A stretch of DNA of 64,000 bases, taken from the IMG/VR virus record IMGVR_UViG_2974570554_000001; one strand, 5' to 3'. Position numbers and translations under genes: made by a program. Under the pieces are notes generated by a model. That model worked only from the letters and a program-made list of their open reading frames with translations. It was not told the DNA's origin and ran no database searches. Positions 52,815 to 61,523 of this stretch are shown one piece after another; the stretch's first letter is position 1; every line of letters begins with the position of its first letter. Origin of the DNA: a virus. Lineage: Duplodnaviria > Heunggongvirae > Uroviricota > Caudoviricetes > Demerecviridae.

Positions 52815-53315
52815 ATGAAAATGAAATGTCACGATTGCGAAGCTGTTTTTGATGCTGCGGAATACTGCCCTGAGTGTGGTTCAAATGGTTGTCATGAAAC
52901 TATTGAAGAGCCTAAAACTGCTATCTTTGCTGAAATGCAAGCACTACACGGTCAGATGCTATGTCTAGCAGGTGATTATGTTAAAGCTCTTACTAATAAA
53001 GAGATTCCACTAAAACAACGCTGGCAAGCATATGTTGATGCACCAGACTTCGTTCAGAAAGGTGAATGCTATGTATTTAACGGCTATGATGCATTCTGTC
53101 AGAAAGTGTGGGGCAAGACCATGATGGACAAGTTCTACGATGGTCAACGTTACCAAGAGTTTGACTGTGTTGACTCTATCCTAGATAGCCTTCTTTCACA
53201 CATCGAGTGGGAGCTAGGTGTGGACGAGAAAGACTTCGAAGACCACGAGCTAGTTGTTGAGTTCCGTGAGCTAGTTCTTAAATGTCGTGTTGAAACTTGT
53301 GTATGGGATTGGTAA
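52815..53315 (+). CDS. hypothetical protein with an N-terminal CxxC...CxxC zinc ribbon
   Basis: 166 aa. Confidence 0.45.
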   Translation: MKMKCHDCEAVFDAAEYCPECGSNGCHETIEEPKTAIFAEMQALHGQMLCLAGDYVKALTNKEIPLKQRWQAYVDAPDFVQKGECYVFNGYDAFCQKVWGKTMMDKFYDGQRYQEFDCVDSILDSLLSHIEWELGVDEKDFEDHELVVEFRELVLKCRVETCVWDW

Positions 53316-53316
53316 T

Positions 53317-53547
53317 ATGTGGGTATCAGTTTATGAATTTGTAGCAATGGTTGAAGCGGCTAACTCGCTCTTTTGTCTAAGACAGCGAACTACACGACTA
53401 GAGCCGGCGGTATTAGCAAAACAATGTCAGCGAGACGTTTATGGAGTGTACCACAACAAAGAACATAATTGTGACCGCCTAGAAGAACGTGTAGTTATGA
53501 CTGTAATGAATAAGGTACTAGAAGATGCGAAAAGTAATATTTCTTGA
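53317..53547 (+). CDS. hypothetical protein
   Basis: 76 aa; weak RBS. Confidence 0.3.
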   Translation: MWVSVYEFVAMVEAANSLFCLRQRTTRLEPAVLAKQCQRDVYGVYHNKEHNCDRLEERVVMTVMNKVLEDAKSNIS

Positions 53548-54004
53548 TTTCGACGGTGTTATTAACGCCCAGACTGGCGAGTGGAAGACTACAGAAGTCC
53601 CAGACTACTTAGGTTACTGCCCACACAACCCTAAGCTTGTACAAACACTAAATATCTTGATAGAACGTTCACAGGCTGACTTAGTTATCTCTAGCACTTG
53701 GCGTCTAGGCACAGATATTACTACATTACAGCAAGTTTGTACTGCTATTGGTATCAAAGGCAAGGTCATTGGTAAGACTGATTCACTAGGCAAGTGGACG
53801 GTACGTGGTAACGAGATTGACAAGTACATCGACGAGCACAAAGAGCAGTTAGGCTACGATTACTCATGGAATTACAAGTCATACGTTATTTTGGATGATG
53901 ACTCGGACATGCTTCTGCCGCAAGCGGCTAACTTTGTCCGAATTGATAATGAAGTGGGTATTACACTAAAAGACGTTGAAAAGGCTATGCAGGTGTTATC
54001 ATGA
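53525..54004 (+). CDS. HAD-superfamily phosphatase-like protein
   Basis: FLDFDGV (HAD motif I DxDG) at the N-terminus; LDDDSD near the C-terminus. Confidence 0.45.
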   Translation: MRKVIFLDFDGVINAQTGEWKTTEVPDYLGYCPHNPKLVQTLNILIERSQADLVISSTWRLGTDITTLQQVCTAIGIKGKVIGKTDSLGKWTVRGNEIDKYIDEHKEQLGYDYSWNYKSYVILDDDSDMLLPQAANFVRIDNEVGITLKDVEKAMQVLS

Positions 54005-54261
54005 CAGACGTAGCAGACCGGTACAGAGTTAAAAAGATTCTAGACCAAATCAGAATGAAGTACGAGACGGAACTCGTATCTGATTATGATAATAGCAGGG
54101 AGCTACGTATCTACTGTTGCAGTAAACGTTGTAACAGAGTAAACATCGTCGTGTGGAAGCGTGACCAGACATTTGGTATTTATGGTGATGATGACAGTCT
54201 ACAGGGCAACGAAAGCATTCCTCTTGATAAGCTAGAGGATTTATTGGAGATTATTCTATGA
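54001..54261 (+). CDS. hypothetical protein
   Basis: 86 aa. Confidence 0.4.
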   Translation: MTDVADRYRVKKILDQIRMKYETELVSDYDNSRELRIYCCSKRCNRVNIVVWKRDQTFGIYGDDDSLQGNESIPLDKLEDLLEIIL

Positions 54262-54497
54262 AATCTAAGTTTTGGCTAACAATCGCATCTATCCTTGCAT
54301 CATTTACTGCACAAGCTGCTGTTGAGCTTGAAGCCAACGAGCACTGGCTGGTAAAGATTCGAAATACAATGTACGATGTGCAAGTCGTTGAAGTACACGG
54401 TAATACAGTTCGTATCCAGTATGAAGACGGCATGATTGGTATGGCTAACAAAGAGGACATTAAATGGCTTACAAAACTATCCTCAGACTTCATCTAA
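54258..54497 (+). CDS. secreted protein
   Basis: Signal peptide MKSKFWLTIASILASFTAQAA. Confidence 0.4.
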   Translation: MKSKFWLTIASILASFTAQAAVELEANEHWLVKIRNTMYDVQVVEVHGNTVRIQYEDGMIGMANKEDIKWLTKLSSDFI

Positions 54498-54584
54498 GAG
54501 TATTAAAATGGCTACGCTCCATTGCCATTGATGAAGAAGATCAACTAGCTATCGAGCATGAGATAGCAGACACATTAAGAACCT

Positions 54585-54609
54585 TAGCCTCCTTGTGAGG
54601 CTATTTTTA
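54585..54609 (+). terminator. rho-independent terminator
   Basis: tagcctc-cttgt-gaggcta hairpin followed by TTTTTAT. Confidence 0.5.
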
Positions 54610-54635
54610 TATCTGCACATCTAATAAAAATTGTG

Positions 54636-54664
54636 TTGCCAATTTGTTGGGAGCTTGATATAAT
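54636..54664 (+). promoter_or_regulatory. T5-type promoter variant
   Basis: -35 TTGCCA at 54636, -10 TATAAT at 54659. Confidence 0.5.
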
Positions 54665-54687
54665 ATTCGAAGAAAAGGAGAAAAACT

Positions 54688-55836
54688 ATGTCAATATTAA
54701 ACCTAACACACCTTCAAGCGGAGAAGGTAACAGTATTCTATAAACTATGTGCTGGACACATCAAACTATCCGAGCTATCCGATGAAGATATGCTTCGTTT
54801 TTGCACCTCTACTAAGTTCTGCGCTAACGCCAAGAGAAGAGGAGAGCAGCGTTGGGCTATGGACTGGCAAGGTATCGGACTAGACCTCCACAGTAAGGAG
54901 TATGATAAAATCTGGGCTGCCGTTGCAGAGCACGTAGAAGGAGCACCTGTACGTGCTAAAAATCTACCTAAGAAAACAATACCTGCCAAGCTATTTCAAA
55001 TACCAGCAACTATAGCAGAGCATCTGAAGGAAGACGAGTCACCGGCTGAAAACGTATATAATATCTTTGATGCTACAGGTAAGGTTGTGCATAAAGTACA
55101 GCTAGAAGCTTTTATCAGTGGTGAAGGTATCGTTACACCTGAGAAACAAGCGGTAGATTTTATTAAGCGCCTAAAGCTAGACTTAAGTCAATTGGCGGAA
55201 GTGCAGCGTTACCTAAATCGCTCTGTGCAAGCCAAGACTAAGAAGTTTAGATTAATATACATGAAGCTACCTGACTATTTAGTAGAGTTACAAGATAAGT
55301 TACTAGATACTAAAGCTAAACTATTGTCGGAACAAGATCTCCCAAACCTATCGTATTATATTGGTAAGCTAGGGTTACAAGGATATCGCTTTGTAGAAGT
55401 AGAACCTGTACACGATAAGCAAGGTGATGTCTCTTTCTTCAAAGCACTGGATACTTACTCGTTTGCAGAGTTAAAAGATAAAGACTTCCCATCTAAAGGT
55501 AGTTACGGTATAGCATGCCCTAAACTAAAACAATCTAACAGACCTGTACAGGCACCAAGGGATACATGGCACCACTATAAGCTAGAGAAGACTGACTACC
55601 TAGGAGCTGTGTTAAAGAACTATAGAGACCACAAAGACATTATTCAAGAGTTTACTAAAAAGCCTAAGCCTTTTTATATTACTAGAGATTCTCTGGATGC
55701 ACCGTATAAGTGGAATTATGAAGCGATTGCCCTAGATTTCTACCATACCCACAATATAGCAGTTCATCCTGAGGTATTCGAGAATACTAGCATTTTCCTA
55801 GATAGAGAGCCATTGGAGTGGTTAAATGAAATTTAG
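54688..55836 (+). CDS. hypothetical protein (382 aa)
   Basis: RBS AAAGGAGAAAAAC. Confidence 0.5.
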   Translation: MSILNLTHLQAEKVTVFYKLCAGHIKLSELSDEDMLRFCTSTKFCANAKRRGEQRWAMDWQGIGLDLHSKEYDKIWAAVAEHVEGAPVRAKNLPKKTIPAKLFQIPATIAEHLKEDESPAENVYNIFDATGKVVHKVQLEAFISGEGIVTPEKQAVDFIKRLKLDLSQLAEVQRYLNRSVQAKTKKFRLIYMKLPDYLVELQDKLLDTKAKLLSEQDLPNLSYYIGKLGLQGYRFVEVEPVHDKQGDVSFFKALDTYSFAELKDKDFPSKGSYGIACPKLKQSNRPVQAPRDTWHHYKLEKTDYLGAVLKNYRDHKDIIQEFTKKPKPFYITRDSLDAPYKWNYEAIALDFYHTHNIAVHPEVFENTSIFLDREPLEWLNEI

Positions 55837-56185
55837 ATACTTAGGGGATGTTTATAGCATCCCCAAAAAGACTTACGAGTTCTGCATAGCTAGAAACTTA
55901 CTGCGCAAGCTCTTTGCAGAAGCTATACCAGACAATCCAAGCCATGAACGTAAGACGTTCTTTATTCTATCGACATACGACCCAGACTTCCGCTGGTTTA
56001 GCGCAAGTTCTAAGAATCCTAGATATTATAGGAGATTCAATGATACTGTCAAACATCTAGCAATACCAAATCTCACTAGCAATCAATGTAAGTTTCTTGA
56101 CAGTATAACCAAGGACTTGACAGATTTTCGACAAGCCATCAAACTATCCAAGGAGGCTGTAAAAACCATATACGAAATTTCTTGA
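55826..56185 (+). CDS. hypothetical protein
   Basis: 119 aa; last + strand gene before the non-coding region. Confidence 0.45.
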   Translation: MKFRYLGDVYSIPKKTYEFCIARNLLRKLFAEAIPDNPSHERKTFFILSTYDPDFRWFSASSKNPRYYRRFNDTVKHLAIPNLTSNQCKFLDSITKDLTDFRQAIKLSKEAVKTIYEIS

Positions 56186-56210
56186 CAATTCATGAGAAAG
56201 GCTTTATAAT
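56182..56210 (+). promoter_or_regulatory. consensus sigma70 promoter firing into the non-coding repeat region
   Basis: -35 TTGACA at 56182, 17-bp spacer, -10 TATAAT at 56205; no ORF for more than 1.2 kb downstream. Confidence 0.5.
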
Positions 56211-56459
56211 ATATCTAAAGACCTATAGACATTTATGACAGGGCTAGGGATGAGCCACAGCGTGACGTGACAAAAATTACGACACGTCCTAAGCACAGGC
56301 TAGCACACAGACCTTGCCCGTCATGAGATATAAGGGGGAGTATTAACTAAAGAAAACTATATTTATAGACGAACAGAATACGCCCCGCTATAACTCTAGC
56401 CTGCTATTACAACAACCCTATTCTTCACTCTAGCTTCGTATGATGTCTAGAGTTTTCTT

Positions 56460-57000
56460 GTATCTAGAATTTGCACCACCTCACGTTAGTGTATCCTCGG
56501 CATATCTCGTGCGAAGCACATGTCTAGCCGGAATTGGGGGAAGGACAAAGGGTACAATAGGTTCTATCATTAATAGTAGAAGTCGGATTTGCACCTGGTT
56601 AAGGAGCGACCCCCGAAAAGTCAATTGGTTTTTCCAAATTTCTGCCCAAATCCCACAAAATCTTTAAATCCTGTCTGTTTTGCACCTAGACCACCATATA
56701 ACCCCCATAAACGCCTAAAAAACTCGAAAAATCCAATTTGAGGTCGGATCCGCACCTGCTGGCGGGCGCAGAGTGTCAATTGAAGTTTTATCGAATTTGC
56801 ACCGCTCGCGCTAGCGTATCCACACCCAAATTCGGGCATAATATGTGCGCAGCACGAGTCTAGCCCGTGTCCCCATGTCGGTTCTGCACCTAGTCCCACC
56901 AAAATAATTTATAATAGAATTTGCACCTACTGCCCCAAGAATGTCGTTTTTGCACTTGTCGGATTCGCACCTACAGGCGCAGAGGACATCGAGCCGTCTA
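56460..57000. repeat. array of about 9 dispersed TTTGCACCT-type repeats (GTCGGATTTGCACCT core) plus the palindrome CTAGACGTCTAG
   Basis: Copies near 56469, 56589, 56676, 56751 (TCCGCACCT), 56803, 56888, 56924, 56950 and 56964 with irregular spacing; non-coding. Confidence 0.6.
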
Positions 57001-57049
57001 GACTTCTATCCATCTAGACGTCTAGCCATCCGTATGGCATACTGCAAAC

Positions 57050-57250
57050 CGTTACAGTACACCGTGTTGTATAAAATTTTACCGTATACCGTCCCGTATA
57101 AAATATGGCACGATTCTTGCTTATTAAAAAGTTATCCACAACTGTATATTTATACATCGCTCTAAAACGCTCTATACAGAGTTATCCACAACCTTATCCA
57201 CCGAAAAACTACTGTATAGATATACAGATATATACTTGCCTTATATTATT
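57050..57250. promoter_or_regulatory. DnaA-box cluster with iterons and an AT-rich palindrome (origin-like, or host-DnaA binding as at the T5 injection-stop region)
   Basis: TTATCCACA at 57133 and 57183, TTATCCACC at 57194; repeated CCGTATA / GTATAAAAT; palindrome TGTATAGATATACAG. Confidence 0.5.
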
Positions 57251-57480
57251 TCGAATACCGTTTCTAGCGCCTATAAGCCACGTACAGACGTTTTAAGCCT
57301 TTTAGGGTACTATGACGCCTACACCATCCTATACGCCCATAGCGCCATGTAACACTAGCACGACTTTTACGTGCTGCCGGAGCGGCGCGGTTTACCATAC
57401 TGTAAACAAGTTACAGATAGGTGTACGGTAAAAGTTGATGAAAAAGCGTCACTTTTCGGTGACGCTGTAACAGTTTAAAT

Positions 57481-57687
57481 CTAGTCTATAATCCAGAGGT
57501 ATTCCCCTTCTTTCAATCCTAGCAAGTGGTTAAACCCTGTCAGGATACGCCCCCACGGGATAGGGCTGCCCTCCATAGTCTCACACCACTCCAAGTACAT
57601 AGTGGTGATATTTTCGCTAAAATCACCGTTTCTTACACGGTCTTGAATTTCACCCAAGCCGATAATCACTACAGAATGGCGTTCCAT
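57481..57687 (-). CDS. hypothetical small protein (leftward operon)
   Basis: 68 aa; its start abuts the stop of the upstream minus-strand gene. Confidence 0.45.
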   Translation of the reverse strand: MERHSVVIIGLGEIQDRVRNGDFSENITTMYLEWCETMEGSPIPWGRILTGFNHLLGLKEGEYLWIID

Positions 57688-57867
57688 TTAGTTTACCTCC
57701 ACCGGATAAAGTTTGTTTACTACAGCGTACACCGTACCGTTATCATCTTGCCACACCTGACCAAATTCGGTGGTTTCTACGTGCTTCAAAATCATAGGAA
57801 CAATATGACCATTATGCATAATGTTGCACATCCAAGTTTGTCCCAAGGTCATAACGTGAACGCTCAT
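57688..57867 (-). CDS. hypothetical small protein (59 aa; ORF track minimum is 60 aa)
   Basis: ATG 57867..57865 overlaps the upstream stop (ATGA); translation MSVHVMTLGQTW... Confidence 0.4.
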   Translation of the reverse strand: MSVHVMTLGQTWMCNIMHNGHIVPMILKHVETTEFGQVWQDDNGTVYAVVNKLYPVEVN

Positions 57868-58112
57868 TAGTAAGTTACCTTTAGGTCAGCAGTTAATGAA
57901 ACACGAAATTCTTGTGTCGCAGGTACTTCAAAAAATATACCACTCCCAAGACTTACAACGCCGATATATTTATCGTCCACGCCGTGAACGTTATCACAAT
58001 CTGTCACGATAAGAGGGGCGTTATCCTCATCTAGCACGATTGTTCCCGCAGCAATATCATATAGCGGTAGTTTCTTGCTACTAGTAGCCGTTGCAATTGA
58101 TAGTTTACTCAT
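57867..58112 (-). CDS. hypothetical small protein
   Basis: 81 aa. Confidence 0.45.
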   Translation of the reverse strand: MSKLSIATATSSKKLPLYDIAAGTIVLDEDNAPLIVTDCDNVHGVDDKYIGVVSLGSGIFFEVPATQEFRVSLTADLKVTY

Positions 58113-58217
58113 TTTAGAATCACCAAAATTTTATTATAGTCCATACGTACCGTATAAAACGGTTTGCCATTTCTAGCAGCCCATAGCAACGCAGTTGCAT
58201 AGTTGTCAAATTCCATA

Positions 58218-58448
58218 CTAATAATGTGTCGGTAGGTTAAGTCTTAACAATCCATTGCGAACACCAAAACATAGGTGCTTACATTCTACAGGTTCAAGCT
58301 CGCAAGGGTAGCACATAAAAGACTCACCACAATAAACATACGGGGATACTACAGAAATATAACTCCCGTCAATGGCTACAATAACACCACATTTGCCGTT
58401 AGTATCTTTGCAGCGACCTTTTACTTTTACAATTTGGTTAACTTTCAT
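58218..58448 (-). CDS. hypothetical Cys-rich small protein
   Basis: 76 aa, 7 Cys. Confidence 0.4.
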   Translation of the reverse strand: MKVNQIVKVKGRCKDTNGKCGVIVAIDGSYISVVSPYVYCGESFMCYPCELEPVECKHLCFGVRNGLLRLNLPTHY

Positions 58449-58522
58449 TTATGGGTACTCCGTAGGGTATAGGGTACACATAGCATACCCTAAACATGTT
58501 AACACAATGATTACAACTAACA

Positions 58523-58843
58523 TTATAAATCTAGCCATCCATTGTAAAACGTTGCGCCCTCAAAAATCGCGCGCCATGTTAACAAGTCAGCCCTAGCGTA
58601 TTGGTACAGCATACCGCCATTAGTCGCGCCCTTAGCAAAAGCTATAGCATACGCTAAAACTTTAGCTTTTAACACGTCCTCGACATCATTGAAAAGGCTG
58701 ATATTTCGAGTGATTTCGAAATGGTATTCTTTGTTGCTCAAGAAGCATTGAGCCATTTCTAGACGTTTGCTCATTGGAGTATCCGCGTCCAGTTGGTACG
58801 CTGTACTGATTTTTGGTTGTTCTAAAAATTGTTGGTACGACAT
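58523..58843 (-). CDS. hypothetical protein
   Basis: 106 aa. Confidence 0.45.
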   Translation of the reverse strand: MSYQQFLEQPKISTAYQLDADTPMSKRLEMAQCFLSNKEYHFEITRNISLFNDVEDVLKAKVLAYAIAFAKGATNGGMLYQYARADLLTWRAIFEGATFYNGWLDL

Positions 58844-58919
58844 TTTGTTGCCCTCGCTTAAAGCGGTTATTATTGTCTAGGTCTTAATAATAACCTAGGC
58901 GACTGATAAAAACTTTGAC

Positions 58920-59234
58920 CTAGCTCACAAAATGATAATCTACTTGATCAATACCAATTTCTCGCCAAACGGGATCATTAGTTGTTAGGCCATACCCATT
59001 TAGTATAAAGTCAATACTAGCATTATTACCTAGATTACAAAGCCCTTCAATATTCATTTGGTCGTTATAGAACATAATACCGTAAGCCGGATTAACCATA
59101 ACAGCCAATTGAGAATCATTCTCAATATACCATACGGTATTCTCAGGGCTTTCTTCATCAATGATTTTACGTGCTTCAGCAATGATTGAGTCTAGGCTAA
59201 TCAAAGTTGGTGTTTCTTTACAATTAAAACCCAT
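58920..59234 (-). CDS. hypothetical acidic protein
   Basis: 104 aa. Confidence 0.45.
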   Translation of the reverse strand: MGFNCKETPTLISLDSIIAEARKIIDEESPENTVWYIENDSQLAVMVNPAYGIMFYNDQMNIEGLCNLGNNASIDFILNGYGLTTNDPVWREIGIDQVDYHFVS

Positions 59235-59407
59235 TATTCACTATCCTCTAAACAAGTGCAACAAATTAGACACAAATCGCATTCACCACAAAAATCAGCG
59301 CAGTCATCGCAGTTATCGCATTCTGGACAAACATCCAGATAATCAACCGAGCCACATTTAGGGCAAGGCTCATTATCCGCATCATACTGTTTACACATTT
59401 TTAACAT
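59234..59407 (-). CDS. Cys-rich metal-binding-like small protein
   Basis: CPKCGSVDYLDVCPECDNCDDCADFCGECDLCLICCTC; internal ATG with RBS GGAG; the longer track ORF starts with TTG. Confidence 0.4.
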   Translation of the reverse strand: MLKMCKQYDADNEPCPKCGSVDYLDVCPECDNCDDCADFCGECDLCLICCTCLEDSE

Positions 59408-59462
59408 CTCCAATAAGGGTAAAAACCAACCAATAGGGATAAACAAAACGCTATACTGCAAA

Positions 59463-59585
59463 TTAGTTCAAACATGTTATGCCTACTTTTTCAAATAGTT
59501 TATGCATAGTTGCGGCAGTCGCCACACACTCGCCAGTCTCAATACTGATACAAAACCAAATAACATCAAAAAACATACGGTACAT
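59463..59585 (-). CDS. small hydrophobic protein (40 aa)
   Basis: RBS GGAGGG 7 nt before the ATG; first gene of the leftward operon. Confidence 0.35.
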   Translation of the reverse strand: MYRMFFDVIWFCISIETGECVATAATMHKLFEKVGITCLN

Positions 59586-59744
59586 TGTTTTGCCCTCCTA
59601 GTGGGTAGGCTTTTATTACACTCCTATTTTCATGATTTGTCTAATAACATTTAGTTATATCCACCAGCAAAACGATGCCCAGGCGTTATAAGCGCTGTAA
59701 GCCACTCTGAGAGGTTCTAGCAAAAAGCCTTGTTTTAGTATGCC

Positions 59745-59915
59745 TTACCTGTGGATAACCGCTTACAATGGATTCTAGAGCCTAGAAACGCCATTCTATA
59801 TCGTATAAGCTGTGATTTAGTGTAGATAAAAGCCGTTTTCCTGTTAGTATCTTGTGGATAACCAGTAGATATACAGTATTATTAGAACTTGCTAATGTTA
59901 ATAAGTCTGTGGATA
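59745..59915. promoter_or_regulatory. second DnaA-box cluster, in opposite orientation to the first
   Basis: TGTGGATAA at 59752, 59851 and 59905, in the divergent intergenic region. Confidence 0.5.
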
Positions 59916-60369
59916 AAAAGTTGGCACGAAAATTTCCTAATATATAAATCAAGAAATATTTTGCTATATAATATAACTAGAAATTCTTTGACAAGCTCAA
60001 AAATCTATGAATCGAGTTATGCATGAAAGTGACTAAATATGCAGAAAAATAGCTAAAAGTGCATAAACGATTTAAATGGGCAAACGTACAGGGTAAGGCT
60101 ATTTTTCAATACAGAGCCATACAGAGCGTTTTAGAGGCATGTATAAATATACAGTAGTTTTTAAGTTGGCATGGTTATTGCTACGCGTGCGCATTCTTTA
60201 TATATTTAAGCAAAAATTCGCTGATAGATAAAACCTATCAATAAGCCAAAAAGAAAAGATTTAAACGATTAGACTATAATCCTAGATTCGCTATTATATA
60301 CCCATACCGCAACAACACGGCGGGGAAGAAAAGCTTGAAAAGCTTCTCGAAAAAAGTTGAAAAAAGTTG

Positions 60370-60397
60370 TTGACAAGGTTTTTTAAATCCTTATAAT
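60370..60397 (+). promoter_or_regulatory. consensus sigma70 promoter for the rightward module
   Basis: -35 TTGACA at 60370, 16-bp spacer, -10 TATAAT at 60392. Confidence 0.5.
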
Positions 60398-60561
60398 GGC
60401 AACCAGAAACAACGAAAACGCTCTTTAACAATTTGGAAAATGCGATTTGACCCATTGCTTACTTGATTGGTTGCTGAGTGATAACCGTTAGCTGATTTTG
60501 AGGAAGTCAGCTAACTGAGAATCACTCTCATTTTAAACTAACCTATTAAGAGGAAAATATC

Positions 60562-60999
60562 ATGGCTAAAAAATGGACAGAAGAAATGGCGGAAAAAGCA
60601 GCAACTCTTTACACTGCTAAACTTGAAGCGGAAGGTAAAGAAGCGGCAGCACATACCGATTTTCTTGATACTATTGCGGTTGACGTTGAAGCGGTAAGTG
60701 GTAAAGCGGTTCGCTCAAAACTTACTGTTATGGGTGTTTACCAGAAACCGGACGCCGTAGCTAGTGTAGCTAAAACGAACACTGTACGCAAAGAACACTA
60801 TGTTCGTGCTCTAGCTCATACGCTTGGCTTAGACGCTGACGATTTGGACAGCTTGAAAAACGCTAAAATGTCAGCCCTTGAAGCGTTATCGACTGCGATT
60901 GGTATCACTGATATTCAGGCAGCAAGCGCAAAAGATTACGAACCTGATTTAGAAAAGGTTTGTGAAGCTTTCGAAAACGCCCGTGGTCTAGACCTATAG
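60562..60999 (+). CDS. hypothetical protein (A2-position, pre-early-like)
   Basis: RBS AAGAGGAAAA; 145 aa; codon usage richer in GCG/CCG/CGT than the early region. Confidence 0.5.
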   Translation: MAKKWTEEMAEKAATLYTAKLEAEGKEAAAHTDFLDTIAVDVEAVSGKAVRSKLTVMGVYQKPDAVASVAKTNTVRKEHYVRALAHTLGLDADDLDSLKNAKMSALEALSTAIGITDIQAASAKDYEPDLEKVCEAFENARGLDL

Positions 61000-61080
61000 A
61001 CGCCTAAACAATTAGGGGGAATTATCCCCCTAATTTACAGTGTAAATTTACCCAAGTTTACACTGTAAATTAACCCATAA

Positions 61081-61449
61081 TTGGAGAGTAACAAAATGGC
61101 TAAAATTAGTATTAAATCGCTTTTAAACAATGGTAGCGCAAAACAAGAACTACAAAACAAAGTGGAAAAACTAACAGGTGTTAGTTTTAACTGGCGACCA
61201 AATAACCGTATTTCTGGGCGTACACTGCAAGCCGTCATTGACCTATCAGAGTACAAACGACCGCTTTTTAATGAAAGTGAGATTGATTCGCTACGCTACG
61301 AAAACAAGGCAGCAAAAACAGTTGTTTTGGGTATGTTGTGCGAAGCTCTAGAAATCAGTGACCTAGAACAACGCAAGGCAATTATGACGATTGCGAGTTG
61401 TTCAAGCTCTGACGACTTTGTGACAAAAGTTCTATTCATGTTTGTATAA
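61081..61449 (+). CDS. hypothetical protein
   Basis: RBS TTGGAGAG; 122 aa. Confidence 0.45.
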   Translation: MESNKMAKISIKSLLNNGSAKQELQNKVEKLTGVSFNWRPNNRISGRTLQAVIDLSEYKRPLFNESEIDSLRYENKAAKTVVLGMLCEALEISDLEQRKAIMTIASCSSSDDFVTKVLFMFV

Positions 61450-61523
61450 CGGGACAAAATATTCTAGGGTATTCTAGCGAGTACCCTAGCGAATATTTTT
61501 AACCGCAAAAGCGAGTATATACA

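Noticed and set aside
56460-57000. Possible CRISPR array, suggested by the recurring TTTGCACCT motif
   Set aside because: The repeat unit is only about 9-15 bp, the spacing is highly irregular (15 to about 120 bp), and there is no leader or cas gene. It behaves like dispersed protein-binding sites, not CRISPR repeats.
56440-57296. Track ORFs 56440..56667, 56621..56902(-), 56941..57165 and 57105..57296
   Set aside because: They lie entirely within the repeat, palindrome and DnaA-box DNA, have no RBS, and give low-complexity translations.
57526-57870. Plus-strand 114-aa ORF in the post-repeat region
   Set aside because: Low-complexity His/Tyr-rich translation with no RBS. The minus-strand ORFs over the same DNA are tightly coupled with good RBSs and look protein-like.
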